64,000 nucleotides of DNA from a bacterium (GTDB lineage: Bacteria > UBA8248): contig OZ241875.1 in NCBI GenBank assembly GCA_965203325.1, positions 1,792,001 to 1,856,000 of the forward strand. Reading direction: 5' to 3'. The position numbers and the translations under genes are program-made. The notes beneath the pieces are model-generated. The model saw only the letters and a program-made list of their open reading frames with translations, was not told where the DNA came from and made no database searches. Positions 18,319 through 29,188 of this stretch are shown here, piece by piece (the stretch's first letter is position 1; every line of letters begins with the position of its first letter).

Positions 18319-19883
18319 GGCGAATTCTTCTCTTCTGTTTTTTCCGTGTCTGACGCAGCGGCAGGGGGGGCGGGAGAACCCAGGGGGTGATCCTCCTTCT
18401 CCGGCACATCCGCCTCTCGTGTTCTCCCGGGGGCCTGCGCCGCGCCGGGGGGCGGGAGAACAGGGACGGCGGCGCCCTTCTCCACCGCTTCCGGTTTGCC
18501 CGCCTCCGGGTTTTCAGAGCGTTTTTCCGCATCCCCGGTAGAGGGTTTCGAGACCATCGCCGGAGGAGCCGCCGGTTTCGATCCGACGGGCGGCGGCTCG
18601 GGGCGCGATGCGAGGGTCCGGCCCGATTTCGCGATCAGCGTTTCCAGATACGCCGCCAGGGCGCGGCGTTCTTCGGGCGTACCCGCCAAAAGAGGATACG
18701 GGGGGTGTTTGGCGCGCATTTCCCCGAGAAACAGAAGCGCGTCTCCTTTGAGCCTGAATCGGGGCAGCCGGGCCGGGTCTTGCGGCTTCACCCAATCCGC
18801 ATGGCAGGCCATACACTGCGCGTGGAAGCCGAACGCGCCGAGTTCGGTCTGCGCAGGCGCGGGCTCGCCCAGGTTCACGATGTTCCACAGGCCCGTTCGT
18901 TTGGAATCCTCGGCTTCATCGATGATGATTCCGTTGCCATACATATACCGGTGGATCTGGAAATTCCCCTTCGCTTCCACGTAGGTCCACCCGCATACCG
19001 CCGTTAGAAGAACAACCAGCGCCGAAGCCGCGCCCGCATGCAATCCATACCAACTGTCGGGTTCGCGGACGCCCCACCTGTATGCGATGCCCCCCAGGGC
19101 GGCCGTCGCCGCCACCGCGACCGCCACCAACCAGAACACCAGTTTCTGATTCGCGCTTTCCGGCAGACTGATTCCCCACCATAACCATCCGAGAACGCCG
19201 GCGGCGGCTCCCCCCACCATCCACCTGCCCAGTTCATGCGCCAGAGCGGCGCGCCATGCGCCGTCCTTCCGGGCCGCGGCGTAGAGCAGGCCGAAAGCGC
19301 CGAAGATCGACATCGCAACCGCCGTCCACGTCAAGAGCGCGGGGGGAAAGGCGGGATTCCAGAGAGCGTTCCAGAGGGTGGGCCTCGCCACCCACGCGCC
19401 CGTGTGCATCGTAAAAGCGCAGACCGAAACCAAAACGGCCGCCGCGCACCAAAAGCCGACCGCCGAGATGAGCCCCCACGCCGAATGAAGCCGGCTTTCA
19501 TGGCGGTCTCTCCCCCATGAGGTGATATATTGATGCGAACAACAAAGGCCCACCGCGAAGAGCAACAAACCGAACAGGGCGGGCGCCAGAAAAATCGAAT
19601 GGAGTTGCTCCATCATGCGGGGCCGCTGGGCCATCATGACGACCCAAAGGGCAAGGGCCAGGGGAAATGCCGCCCCCGCCGCAAGAGCCCGCGTCGTCTT
19701 CGCGCAAGATAGAGCCAAGCCGTCCCACCTGGGGTCCATGCTCTCCGAAGCGCGCGACCCGGCGATCAGGGTGAAAACCGAACCGCCGCAGACGCACGCG
19801 CCCGCCAGGGCGAAGAGAAAATAAAGCCCCGCCGCCAGAAAATGGTCGGAGAATGACAGCGCTTCCTGAAATGGAAATGGCAC
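18315..19883 (-). CDS. Membrane protein with C-terminal c-type cytochrome (CydA-like membrane region + CxxCH)
   Basis: Multiple TM helices, FTMHTG.W..WNP motif, YMYGNGI, CMACH heme motif, Pro/Ala-rich tail. Confidence 0.65.
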   Translation of the reverse strand: MPFPFQEALSFSDHFLAAGLYFLFALAGACVCGGSVFTLIAGSRASESMDPRWDGLALSCAKTTRALAAGAAFPLALALWVVMMAQRPRMMEQLHSIFLAPALFGLLLFAVGLCCSHQYITSWGRDRHESRLHSAWGLISAVGFWCAAAVLVSVCAFTMHTGAWVARPTLWNALWNPAFPPALLTWTAVAMSIFGAFGLLYAAARKDGAWRAALAHELGRWMVGGAAAGVLGWLWWGISLPESANQKLVFWLVAVAVAATAALGGIAYRWGVREPDSWYGLHAGAASALVVLLTAVCGWTYVEAKGNFQIHRYMYGNGIIIDEAEDSKRTGLWNIVNLGEPAPAQTELGAFGFHAQCMACHADWVKPQDPARLPRFRLKGDALLFLGEMRAKHPPYPLLAGTPEERRALAAYLETLIAKSGRTLASRPEPPPVGSKPAAPPAMVSKPSTGDAEKRSENPEAGKPEAVEKGAAVPVLPPPGAAQAPGRTREADVPEKEDHPLGSPAPPAAASDTEKTEEKNSP

Positions 19884-19953
19884 CGGAGTTACCTGCTCGA
19901 AATGATGAAAGACGCCCCGGAATCGAAACCGGAGAAACCGATCCCGCGAATAC

Positions 19954-21072
19954 TTACACCCTGACGACTTCGCGCGTCAGATACTTCTCCATCCTGTCCT
20001 CGTCCAGGGCGACGCCCAGCCCGGGGGCGTCGGATATCGTATGCCGCCCCGTGCTCATATCGACCGGAGAATCCACGACGTCGTCCAGCATCTTCTCGGG
20101 GCCGACGGACTCTATCGCCGCCAGGAAAGCGTTCGAAGTCGCCGCCACGTGAATCTCGCCCAGCGTGTAGGGCGACAACCCGAACCCGTGGCCGATGACC
20201 AGCTTCATGCCGGCGGCCTCCGCCGTGCCGACCATATCCCTGACGCGAAGGGGGCCGCCTTGCTTCATGATCTTGACCTTGACGATGTCGGCGGCCTCGG
20301 CCCGGATGATCTCCAGCAGACTCTCCGGCCCGAACACGCACTCATCCGCCATGACGGGTATGTTGATGGAGCGGCGCACGCGGGCGAGCCCCTCGATGTC
20401 GGTTCTGGGAACGGGCTGCTCGAAGTGCTGGATATCCGCCCCTTCCACCTCGCGCGCGAGGGCGATGGCGTCTTCCACGTTCCCGTAGGACTCGTTGGCG
20501 TCGATCCGTATCTCGAAATCATCTCCCGTCGATTCCCGCACGGCCAGCACCCGCGCCGCATCGGACGCCACGTCTCCCCCCGTCTTCACCTTGCAGGCCC
20601 GCCAGCCGCGCTCATAAAAACCCCGCGCTTCGCGCCCCGCCTCATCGGGCGCCTTGATGCCGATCCAGGCGTTGAAGCGCACCTCGCGTTTCACGGCGCC
20701 GCCGAGAAGTTCATAAAGCGGGACGCCCAGGTATTTCGCATGGAGGTCCGCCATGGCGAGCGACAAGGCGCCCTTTCCGCCGTCGAAGCCGTCGCAGGCC
20801 TCATCCATCTTCCGCGTAATCTCGCGCGACGCTCTCGGGTTCGCGCCGATGAGCGCGGGCGCGAGCTTGCGCTCCACCGCGTCCGCGATATCGTCGCGGC
20901 TCAAGCCCGAATACCCCGCCACGGGTTCGACGTCGCCGATGCCTGTGAAACCGTCGTCCGAGGTCACCCGAACGACGACCGAGGGCTGGACGTTGTGGTT
21001 GTGGTTCGCGTTCTTGAAAAAATCCCGCATCGGCATGTCGACGCGGAACACCTCGATGGATTCGACCTTCAC
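19954..21072 (-). CDS. Mandelate racemase / muconate lactonizing enzyme (enolase superfamily)
   Basis: KVK, IDANE, EQP, MADE, KIMKQGG. Confidence 0.9.
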   Translation of the reverse strand: MKVESIEVFRVDMPMRDFFKNANHNHNVQPSVVVRVTSDDGFTGIGDVEPVAGYSGLSRDDIADAVERKLAPALIGANPRASREITRKMDEACDGFDGGKGALSLAMADLHAKYLGVPLYELLGGAVKREVRFNAWIGIKAPDEAGREARGFYERGWRACKVKTGGDVASDAARVLAVRESTGDDFEIRIDANESYGNVEDAIALAREVEGADIQHFEQPVPRTDIEGLARVRRSINIPVMADECVFGPESLLEIIRAEAADIVKVKIMKQGGPLRVRDMVGTAEAAGMKLVIGHGFGLSPYTLGEIHVAATSNAFLAAIESVGPEKMLDDVVDSPVDMSTGRHTISDAPGLGVALDEDRMEKYLTREVVRV

Positions 21073-21121
21073 GGCAATCCCCCTCTATTCATATAGAACA
21101 GATCGAAGCCCGGTGAAGCCC

Positions 21122-24100
21122 CTACCCCGCTCCCGCCACGGCCTCTCTTACGCGCTGTCTTAACACATCATCCACGGGGCGGGAAACATCGACGCCCGGA
21201 CGCAGAAAGGAAAACACGAGTTCGCTCGCTTCGAGACCCGTCGCCGCCTCCAGCCCCAAGACGTAGGCGGCCCCCTGGTTCTCATAAAACGTGGCCTTAT
21301 CCTCCGCTTCGCCCGCCGCGACGTTATCCGTCTTGAAATCCACGACCACGAGCTTGCCCTCTTCTTCGAACACCAGGTCGATGAATCCCCGGATCACCCT
21401 GCCCTCCAGTTCGAAGGTGAAGGGAAGCTCCCGCCGACGCTTCGATGCCGCCGCCGCGCGCGCCAGAATCCTCCCCGTCTCCATCGAGTCTCGAATCAAC
21501 TCCATGGCGTAATCGACATCTTCTTCTTTCAATTCCAGCGCGCTCGCGAACGCGACGCCCTCTTCCCGCAGACTCTCCAGACACTCGGCCGTCAGCGGCT
21601 CCAGCCGCGCGAGGATCGCATGAACCAGGTTCCCGAAATCCGTCCCGCCCGCATGAACCTCTCGCTCCTCCGGCGCATCTTCATCGTCAAGCGTCCGTGA
21701 GGCTACAGGCTCTTCCTCGTCGAATCCTTTCACGAGACCGCTGGGCGCCAGGGGCTTTCTCGTCTCAACCGGCTTCTTCAGCCGCTTCAGTTTCTCATCC
21801 AGGGCGGCGCGCCGGTCGAGGACGCCCGCCGAGCCCCCGTTCACCGGACGGAACACATCGTCTCTGATGCGAAGAATGGGTTCCGGCTCCCCGGGCTCTT
21901 CCGGCGAAACTTCCCGGCGGAAAGCCGACGCCGCCTGAATCACCTCGTCCATCACGTGATCCGTCTTCTGCTCGATTTCTTCTTTCTTTTTCCTGATCTC
22001 CTGCTCCATTGCCTTCTCGTCCAGACCCGCACCTCTCATCTTCTTTCTCATCTCGTCTTTCACCGCATCCTGCATGAACGAGCGAAAACCCGATTCCGGC
22101 CAGAGTAGACAGTCCCGCGCCCGCGTCGCGCCCACATACCAAAGACGTTTTGTTTCGGCCTCCCGGAACTCTTTTTCGCGCCCGAGCGCATCCGCATAGC
22201 CCAGCGTATCGAGCCGCCTGGAGCCTGAACCCAGATGCAGATCGACCGCTTCGCCTCCTTTTTCGTGGTTCCCAATCCACGCCTCCGAATGCTGTCCGCT
22301 TCCCCCCTCCAGATCGGCGAGGGCGACGACGGGGAATTCCAGCCCCTTGGCCTGGTGGACGCTCATGAAGCGAACCGCCTCGGCTCCCCGATCATCCAGA
22401 AACGCCTCCGGTTCATCGGCGTCGCGCCCACGCTCATATTCCGCCAGCAGGTGCGCGGCGAACGCATCCACGCCCCGCCTCCCGTTCCCGGCGAATTCAT
22501 GCGCCAAGTCCAGGAGCTTGTTCAGGTTGGCGACGCGCTGTTCTCCGTTTGATGACGCCAGGAACAACTCGAACGCCCGCGTGCGGCGGTATATCTCCTC
22601 CAGAAGGGCGCGCGCGCTCGAATCTCTCTTCATGCCGTGGAGACAGCGAATCTCGCAAACCGCCTCGCGCAATTCCTCGGGCGGGTCTTCTATTTCCTTT
22701 TCGGATGGGTCTTGCGTTTTCAGGAACCAGCGGGCGATATCCACATCCGAAAACCCGTACAAGGGAGAGCGCAGGGCGGCGGCAAGTGCTAACGGATCGC
22801 CAGGCCGCGCGACGGCGGATAATACCGAGACGACCGCGCCGACCTCGAACTTGTCGTAAAACCCGCGCCCGCCGTCGGTGACGAACGGAACGCCCGCAGC
22901 GCGAAAGGCGTCCTCGAATTGGGCGTAGCCCGTGCGTGCGCGGAACAGGACGGCGACGTCGCCGTAACCGACGGGGCGGCGCGCGTTCTTCTCTTTATCG
23001 TGAACCTCTACTTTCCTCTCCACCAGCTCGCGGATCGCGGCGGCGAGGCAGGCGGCCTCGGCTTTGCGCCTGTCTTCTTCTTTCACTTTGCCGCCGTCCT
23101 CGGGCTCATCCCCGTCTTGTTGCTTCTTGATAAGGAAAACGGCGAGACCTGCGGATTCGCGGTGCGCTTCCAGGGGGACATATTCGGGTTGAACCCCTGT
23201 TTCCGGGCGGATGACGCGCGAGAACGCCTCGTTCACGAAATCGACCACGCCGGGCGTGCTGCGGAAGTTCTCGGTGATATGCAGCACGCGGCCATCCGGG
23301 AGAGCCTCGATCCTCTCACTCACTTCGTGATAGATGGCGATGTCCGCCCGGCGGAAGCGGTAGACGGATTGTTTGGGATCGCCCACGAGAAACAGCCCGG
23401 CGGCCTCCAGCAGCACCTCGCGCCAGTCGGAGGCGTCCCCCTCACCCGCGAGCAGGAATATCAACTCGACTTGTAAGGGATCGGTATCCTGAAACTCATC
23501 GACCAGAAAATGCCGGATGCTCTCGCGGATTCTCCCCCGCACGGAAGCGTTCTCCCGAACGAGCTGCGCCGCCAGGAAGAGCATGTCCTGATAGGACAAC
23601 AGCCCCGCTTCGCGCATTTCCTCCTCGAAGGACTCGACGAAATCCCGGACGAGGGGAACCAGACCGGCGAGTGCGTCGTGGGCGAGCATCGAGGCGCCTT
23701 TCTCAACTTCCGCCCACAACAGATCGTGTGCCTCCCGGAATAAATCGAGATTTGCTTTCCCGGCTTCTTTGCCACCCCAATTCTTTTGTGAACCCACATT
23801 TTTGTTCAGCTTGAAGCCGGGACTCCATAACTCGCGTAGTAGTTCCGTTTGCGACAACCACGAAAGACCCTCCAGCCAGCCTCTCGCTTTTTCGAGTTGC
23901 TGAAACGCCTTGTCCGCTTTATCGCTGCAATAGCGCTCGCCCACCTCCGCCCAAGCCTCGAACGCCTCTGTTATGGATGCGCGGATTTCATCGGGAGACG
24001 CGCCCCCCGAGCGGGGGAAATGTTCCCTGAGTTCCGGCAGGACGAGCAGGGCGTCCCGGATTTTCTCCAGATCGGCGACCGAAAAACCAAGCTCCAGGAA

Positions 24101-24583
24101 ATCGCTCAACCGCTCATCGTCACCATCCAGTTCAATGGCCAGCCAGTCGCGCCAGGCCGCGTCGCGCCGCTCGTCATACTCGATTTCATCCACGTCTCCC
24201 AAGTCGGGCCGAAGCCGCGCTTCCACGGAGAAGCCCCGCAGGATATCGAGGGCGAAGCCGTGGATGGTGGAGATGCGCGCGGATTCGAGATTATCCAGCG
24301 CGTCCTGCAGTCGCGCTTTCGCCTCATCGTCGTCTTCTTCTTTTCCGACCGCCGAGAGAATTTCACTACGAATCCTGTCCTTGAGCTCCGCCGTCGCCTT
24401 TCGCGTGAAGGTGATGGCGGCTATCTCGTCGAGACGCGCGCCCTCGTTCCGAATCAGGTGCAGGATTCGCTCGACGAGCAGGGTCGTCTTGCCCGTGCCC
24501 GCGGCCGCTTCGACCAGAACAGGGCCGCGCGTCCAGGTCGCAGCCTCAACCCTTTGCTCCTGATCGCGGGGATTCGCGTTCAT
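21122..24583 (-). CDS. addA: AddA-like UvrD helicase with C-terminal PD-(D/E)XK nuclease
   Basis: AAAGTGKT, VDEFQDT, VGDPKQSVYRFR, MSVHQAKGLEF, GFIDL..VDFKT; ATG 24583 overlaps the addB-like stop. Confidence 0.85.
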   Translation of the reverse strand: MNANPRDQEQRVEAATWTRGPVLVEAAAGTGKTTLLVERILHLIRNEGARLDEIAAITFTRKATAELKDRIRSEILSAVGKEEDDDEAKARLQDALDNLESARISTIHGFALDILRGFSVEARLRPDLGDVDEIEYDERRDAAWRDWLAIELDGDDERLSDFLELGFSVADLEKIRDALLVLPELREHFPRSGGASPDEIRASITEAFEAWAEVGERYCSDKADKAFQQLEKARGWLEGLSWLSQTELLRELWSPGFKLNKNVGSQKNWGGKEAGKANLDLFREAHDLLWAEVEKGASMLAHDALAGLVPLVRDFVESFEEEMREAGLLSYQDMLFLAAQLVRENASVRGRIRESIRHFLVDEFQDTDPLQVELIFLLAGEGDASDWREVLLEAAGLFLVGDPKQSVYRFRRADIAIYHEVSERIEALPDGRVLHITENFRSTPGVVDFVNEAFSRVIRPETGVQPEYVPLEAHRESAGLAVFLIKKQQDGDEPEDGGKVKEEDRRKAEAACLAAAIRELVERKVEVHDKEKNARRPVGYGDVAVLFRARTGYAQFEDAFRAAGVPFVTDGGRGFYDKFEVGAVVSVLSAVARPGDPLALAAALRSPLYGFSDVDIARWFLKTQDPSEKEIEDPPEELREAVCEIRCLHGMKRDSSARALLEEIYRRTRAFELFLASSNGEQRVANLNKLLDLAHEFAGNGRRGVDAFAAHLLAEYERGRDADEPEAFLDDRGAEAVRFMSVHQAKGLEFPVVALADLEGGSGQHSEAWIGNHEKGGEAVDLHLGSGSRRLDTLGYADALGREKEFREAETKRLWYVGATRARDCLLWPESGFRSFMQDAVKDEMRKKMRGAGLDEKAMEQEIRKKKEEIEQKTDHVMDEVIQAASAFRREVSPEEPGEPEPILRIRDDVFRPVNGGSAGVLDRRAALDEKLKRLKKPVETRKPLAPSGLVKGFDEEEPVASRTLDDEDAPEEREVHAGGTDFGNLVHAILARLEPLTAECLESLREEGVAFASALELKEEDVDYAMELIRDSMETGRILARAAAASKRRRELPFTFELEGRVIRGFIDLVFEEEGKLVVVDFKTDNVAAGEAEDKATFYENQGAAYVLGLEAATGLEASELVFSFLRPGVDVSRPVDDVLRQRVREAVAGAG

Positions 24584-27500
24584 ACAGCCCTCTCCCGCAA
24601 GGCCAGAAGCTCGCTCATCCGCGAATCTCTCTCCTTTCGCGCCGCGCGCTCGGCCCTGTCGGGTCCGCAGAGCGTCTTGTAATCGCAATACCGGCACCCG
24701 GCATCCGAGGGCGTCGGGAAAAACCGTCCCGCTCCGGCCGAGGCGAGGAAATAGTCCAAAAGCGCATCCACGTCCGCCATGCGTTCCTCGACCTCCTCAC
24801 AGGTACGCACCCGTTCGACGACGCCCTCCTCCTCGGTGACGTAGACGTATGCGCCGCTCACCCGGGCGTCCTCCGGCAAGGCGCCGGGCCGCGCGCGCAG
24901 ACCCCTCGCGTAGAGATGAAGCTGCAGGATCGCGCCGCCGTCCAGGATTGTCCCCCTCGAAGGAATCGAACTCCTTCTTCCCACCGTCTTGAAATCGACG
25001 ACACGGTATTCCCCCGCATCGTTCCGCTCGAGCAGGTCCATCCGCCCGCTGAGGGAAAGCTCTCCCGCTTCCAGGGATATCCGCAAAGACTCGGAATCCC
25101 GGCCCCCGAACCTCTCTTCCACGCTCACCGGGAGCCGGCCCGATGCGTCCGCGCGCCTCAGCTCAAAATAGCCCACCAGGCGCCGGTAGAGCGCGTCTTC
25201 GAGTACCGCCCAGGGCAGCGCGGGCAGGGGCGGCGACTCGGCTGTTTCCTCCTCCTCGGCCATCGCCTCTCGGATCGCATCGCGGAGCCCGTCCTGCGCC
25301 GTCGATTCATCAAGCGAATGAAGCGGCCTGTTCGTCTCTTGAAGCCAGAGGTGGAAGAATTGGAGAATCCGGTGCGTCAATTGTCCCCTGAGCAAACCGT
25401 CCAGGGCGAAGGGAGGCGCCGGCTCCTCGCGCTTTTCCATGCGCGGGTGCAGGCGGTCGTTCACGAAGCGGTACGGGCAGCCGAAGAAAACCTCCACCGA
25501 GGTGACGCCGAGGGGCCAGACGGGCGTATGGACCTTCTCCCGGATGATCTTTTGCAAGTCGTGGTCCTGGAACATCCCGTCGTGCTCGGTCAAAACACTC
25601 GGCCGCCACCGCTCGCTCAAGGCGTCCCGCCTTCTGAGAAACCCCGGAAAATCGTTCATCCAGGAGAGGCCGCCCGCCTCGGGCCGGCCGATCTGCTCCG
25701 CCATCAGCGCCAGATCGTACTCGCGAAGGTGAGCGGGATTCCCGGCGATGGCCCCGGCGTCCAGCGTCGCGGCGGCGGTGCGGCTGCGCGAGCCCGCGAA
25801 AAGCCCCCACGCGCCGTCTGTCTCCTCCCCCAGCGCGTCGGCCAGATAATGGCAGAACATGCTCGGGAAAGACGCCGCATTATCCCCCAAACCATCCTCG
25901 GCGCTCGTCGCCGTGAGGATGAGGCGCTTGCGCGCCGATTGGAAAATCGTCCACAACTGAAACCGCGCTTCGCTCTCCCTGGATTTCTTGAGCGGAAGCG
26001 CCACCTCCCTATCCGGGAAGGTCTTCTGCGCGGCGCGGTTCAACGCCTCGCGGGCCGAATCGGGCAGGAGCGGGTCTTCGCTCCCTGCGGGCGGAAACAG
26101 GCCCTCGCCCATACCCGAGAGGGCGACGGCGTCGAAGGAAAGACCGCGCGCACTCTGGATGGAAGAGAGACTCGCCAGGTGACCGTCGTCCGGCTCGTTC
26201 CTGCTCAAAGTGGCCTTCTCGAAAAACCGTTCGCAAAGATCATGGAACCGCTTGCGATTCATCTCGCCGGTCATCTCATCCAATTCCGGCAGGGAGGAGA
26301 CCACTTTTTTCACATCTTCCTGATGAGCCAAACCGCTCGTCGTCTCAGAGAAAGCCGCCAGGGCAGACTCGGCGAAAGCCGAGGGCAGCCCCTCTTCGGG
26401 AATCTTCTCAAGCAGATCGAAAACATCACTCATCGCCATCGCGAAAGAATACGCGGCGGTATATTCCTCATCCCCTGTCCCCAACCTCACCAGGACGTCA
26501 TCGAGTTCTGAGAACCAGGCGTCCGCGCCTCTCAGATAGGGCAGGCTTCTCGAGAAGAACTCCCATTTGGACGCAAGGATGGGGTCATCGGCAATGTCTT
26601 CAAATTCGTATTGCCGCGCCAACTCCCGGAACATCTGCGAAGCCGTGAAGCCTCCCTCATCCAGAAAGCGCATCAACTCCGCGCGCGGGTAGCCGTCGAC
26701 GGCCATGCGAAGCATGAGGAGGAACAAGCGGGCGGCGGGCGCATCGGATAAGGTATTTCTCTCTTCCGCCCGGCCGGGAATCTCCAGGGTATGGAGCGTC
26801 TCCTCGAACAAATCCTGGTAGCCCTCCCGAGCGCTCATCAGGACGCATACTTCCTCATCGCTCTCAAAATCCTCTCGCGCCCGCAGTATTTCGCGGCATG
26901 CTTCCCAGACCTCCCGGCCTCTCGTGGGAGCTGCCACGACGCGCAGGGCGTCTTCCGCCACAGGCTCGGCCTGCGCCTTATCGCGCGAGAAGAGCACTTC
27001 CGCCAGACCGGTGAGCGGCCTCGGCGCAATCGGTCCGGCTTCTTCGCGCTGAAAATCCATCCCCTCGAACCAGTCGATTAAAGGCTGCGCGTGCGCGCAC
27101 GCGGGCGCGTCCGTTTGCGCGGGCACGAGTGCCTGGGAGTGGGCCTCGCGGCAGACGGCCGCCGTCAGCCTGCGCTGGAGCGCGTTCATCTCGGCGAAGC
27201 CGTAGAAGACGGTGGGAACGCGCGGCGGCGCGGCTTCCGCCCTCTCGCACGCCGCCAGAAAAAGCGAGGAACGGTCGTAGAATTCCCGCTCGCGCATCGA
27301 GATATGGAAACGCTCGGCCAGAAGCGCCAGATCGCGGAGGCGCGCCGCGTCGGGACCCGAAATCTTCCCGGAAAGTTCTCTCAGGGCTTCGGGCGAGAGG
27401 TTCGCCTCGGCGAGGTCGGTCAGCGTCGCGCAGAGGCTCTCGCCGTATCCTCTGGAGTCTGGGCGAAAAAAGACGAACTCCCCCCGCGCGCTTTCGAACG

Positions 27501-27795
27501 TCTTTTCCGCCAGGATTTCGGCCAAGGCCGGATGGGGGCGCGTGTATCCCGCCAGGGCGCGCTCGGGTTCCGCAACTTCGCGCGCCAGGTCGATCATGCT
27601 CAGAACCTCTACGCCTGCGAAGCCGCCCGCCCGTGCGAGCACCCCCTGGACGTGATCGCGAAGCCGGTTCGAGATGACGACGACGCGCCTGTGCGCCAGC
27701 GGGTCTCCATCGCCCAGGCTGCGCACGCGCGAAGCGAGGGATGGTTCGAGGTGGTGAAAAGGAGCGGTCACCAGGATTTTTAGGGCCTGCGCCAT
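24580..27795 (-). CDS. addB: AddB-like nuclease subunit (PD-(D/E)XK with Fe-S cysteines)
   Basis: GCPY, GRMDLLE..VDFKT, C-terminal CRYCDYKTLC; directly upstream of the AddA-like gene. Start uncertain (27795/27807). Confidence 0.8.
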   Translation of the reverse strand: MAQALKILVTAPFHHLEPSLASRVRSLGDGDPLAHRRVVVISNRLRDHVQGVLARAGGFAGVEVLSMIDLAREVAEPERALAGYTRPHPALAEILAEKTFESARGEFVFFRPDSRGYGESLCATLTDLAEANLSPEALRELSGKISGPDAARLRDLALLAERFHISMREREFYDRSSLFLAACERAEAAPPRVPTVFYGFAEMNALQRRLTAAVCREAHSQALVPAQTDAPACAHAQPLIDWFEGMDFQREEAGPIAPRPLTGLAEVLFSRDKAQAEPVAEDALRVVAAPTRGREVWEACREILRAREDFESDEEVCVLMSAREGYQDLFEETLHTLEIPGRAEERNTLSDAPAARLFLLMLRMAVDGYPRAELMRFLDEGGFTASQMFRELARQYEFEDIADDPILASKWEFFSRSLPYLRGADAWFSELDDVLVRLGTGDEEYTAAYSFAMAMSDVFDLLEKIPEEGLPSAFAESALAAFSETTSGLAHQEDVKKVVSSLPELDEMTGEMNRKRFHDLCERFFEKATLSRNEPDDGHLASLSSIQSARGLSFDAVALSGMGEGLFPPAGSEDPLLPDSAREALNRAAQKTFPDREVALPLKKSRESEARFQLWTIFQSARKRLILTATSAEDGLGDNAASFPSMFCHYLADALGEETDGAWGLFAGSRSRTAAATLDAGAIAGNPAHLREYDLALMAEQIGRPEAGGLSWMNDFPGFLRRRDALSERWRPSVLTEHDGMFQDHDLQKIIREKVHTPVWPLGVTSVEVFFGCPYRFVNDRLHPRMEKREEPAPPFALDGLLRGQLTHRILQFFHLWLQETNRPLHSLDESTAQDGLRDAIREAMAEEEETAESPPLPALPWAVLEDALYRRLVGYFELRRADASGRLPVSVEERFGGRDSESLRISLEAGELSLSGRMDLLERNDAGEYRVVDFKTVGRRSSIPSRGTILDGGAILQLHLYARGLRARPGALPEDARVSGAYVYVTEEEGVVERVRTCEEVEERMADVDALLDYFLASAGAGRFFPTPSDAGCRYCDYKTLCGPDRAERAARKERDSRMSELLALRERAV

Positions 27796-27857
27796 GGGGA
27801 GTTCCATATCAACGGTGGCGGGCGGTTCCGCCGGATAAAGCAAATCCGAACGCTCGA

Positions 27858-28823
27858 TCAGGTGTCCAGCACGCTCTCGCCGAACAGATCCGCCACATCG
27901 AGGGGGCCGGGCGTGAGGCCCTGCGCGTGGGCGTAGGAGAGGAGTTTTTCGAGCGACGCGCGGTTCGCCTCCACCCCGTAGGACCAGAAATCATCGCCGA
28001 AAATCTCGCGGGTCTCGTCCATTACCGCGGGCAGGAACGGGATCATGGCCGAGAGCGCGCCGTTGTCGCTCAGAAGTTCCATCGTCTTCTCCCGCGCCTC
28101 GCACATGGCCTGATAGATGGAGCCGAGTGCCCAGGGGTTTTGCGCGTGAACATCTTTGCGCAAAACGACGCAGTGCATCATGGGATGTACGCCCGTTCTG
28201 CGGTAATACGCCGTCTCGGCGGCCTTGTAATCGGGGAACAGGCGCTTCACGCGCGGCGAACCCTTGGCGAAGCACTCGGGCACCTGGTGGATCAGCGCGC
28301 CGTCCACCTCGCCCGAATCGAGCATGTTCGAGACCGTCTGGCCGGGCTTCATGTAGCGGATGCGCGCGCCGGGCGGCATCGGAATCGGCACGCGCGGCTC
28401 GATGGCCGCCACCCAGTCCACCGAACTTACGTCGAGGCCGTACTCTTCGGTGAGAATGCCCACGATCCACACCACCGCCGTCATCCCCCATTCGCGGATC
28501 GCGACCCGCTTGCCGTTCAGGCCGGCCACCTCATCGACGCCGGAATCCGTGTTGGCGTAGACCATCGAATGCCGGAAGACGCGGCTCGGAAAGGCGGGCA
28601 TCCCCACGAAGGGGCTGTTCCCCTCACCCAGCAGGAACATGTGCGCGCCCATCGACATTTCCGAGAGGTCGAACTCTTGGTATCGGCACATGCGGAAGAA
28701 TATCTCGGTGGGCGGCAGGGAGAGCACCCGGAGGTTCACCCCCTCCGGGCGAACCGAGCCCATCTTGAGAATGTTGGTGCGATCGTAATCGCCGAACGCC
28801 GCCGTCAACTCCAGATCCGGCAT
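27858..28823 (-). CDS. 4,5-dihydroxyphthalate decarboxylase-like / substrate-binding-fold protein
   Basis: DYDRT, EIFFRM, FPSRVFRHS, HPMMH, FWSYGVEAN. Confidence 0.8.
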   Translation of the reverse strand: MPDLELTAAFGDYDRTNILKMGSVRPEGVNLRVLSLPPTEIFFRMCRYQEFDLSEMSMGAHMFLLGEGNSPFVGMPAFPSRVFRHSMVYANTDSGVDEVAGLNGKRVAIREWGMTAVVWIVGILTEEYGLDVSSVDWVAAIEPRVPIPMPPGARIRYMKPGQTVSNMLDSGEVDGALIHQVPECFAKGSPRVKRLFPDYKAAETAYYRRTGVHPMMHCVVLRKDVHAQNPWALGSIYQAMCEAREKTMELLSDNGALSAMIPFLPAVMDETREIFGDDFWSYGVEANRASLEKLLSYAHAQGLTPGPLDVADLFGESVLDT

Positions 28824-28827
28824 CTTC

Positions 28828-28965
28828 TCCCCTTTCGCGTCATAAGTCTTGAAAGCGCATCATCATGATGAAAATGGAACGAGCAAAAGGTTTCTCATAG
28901 TTTTCCCCGCTCGGCAACGAGGCGAGTCTTTCGGCGCTTGAAAGCCCCCGAGTTGACCACCCGCC
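28828..28965. repeat. Direct repeat, copy 1 (~138 bp)
   Basis: Shares TCCCCTTTCGCGTCAT...GAAAGCGCATC...AACGAGCAAAAGGTTTCTCATAGTTTTCCCCGCTCGGCAACGAGGCGA...GGCGCTTGAAAGCCCCCG with 29852-29990. Confidence 0.9.
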
Positions 28966-29015
28966 TTCCGGTTAAGAAAAGGAAACAAGAGACGAAACGG
29001 GTATAAGTCAACGCG

Positions 29016-29183
29016 CTAGAGACAATAGAGGAGGGCATACGTTTCGCAGATGAAGTCCAGGACAGTTTCGGGAGAGGTCACACAGGCACGGTCGAAGACT
29101 GCGCCCGAAATCCGCACCTGCCCGCTCTCAAGCCAGCGTGCTTCGATAGCGGTCTCGAATGCGGTTGCGCCAGTCTTCTTCAT
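29016..29183 (-). pseudogene. N-terminal remnant of a type I restriction subunit R (HsdR-like)
   Basis: Manual translation MKKTGATAFETAIEARWLESG...FDRAC..PETVLDFICET resembles HsdR N-termini (AFE..IE..L...FDR..I.PETVL.FI.ETQ); ends after 55 aa. Confidence 0.55.
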
Positions 29184-29188
29184 GGTCT

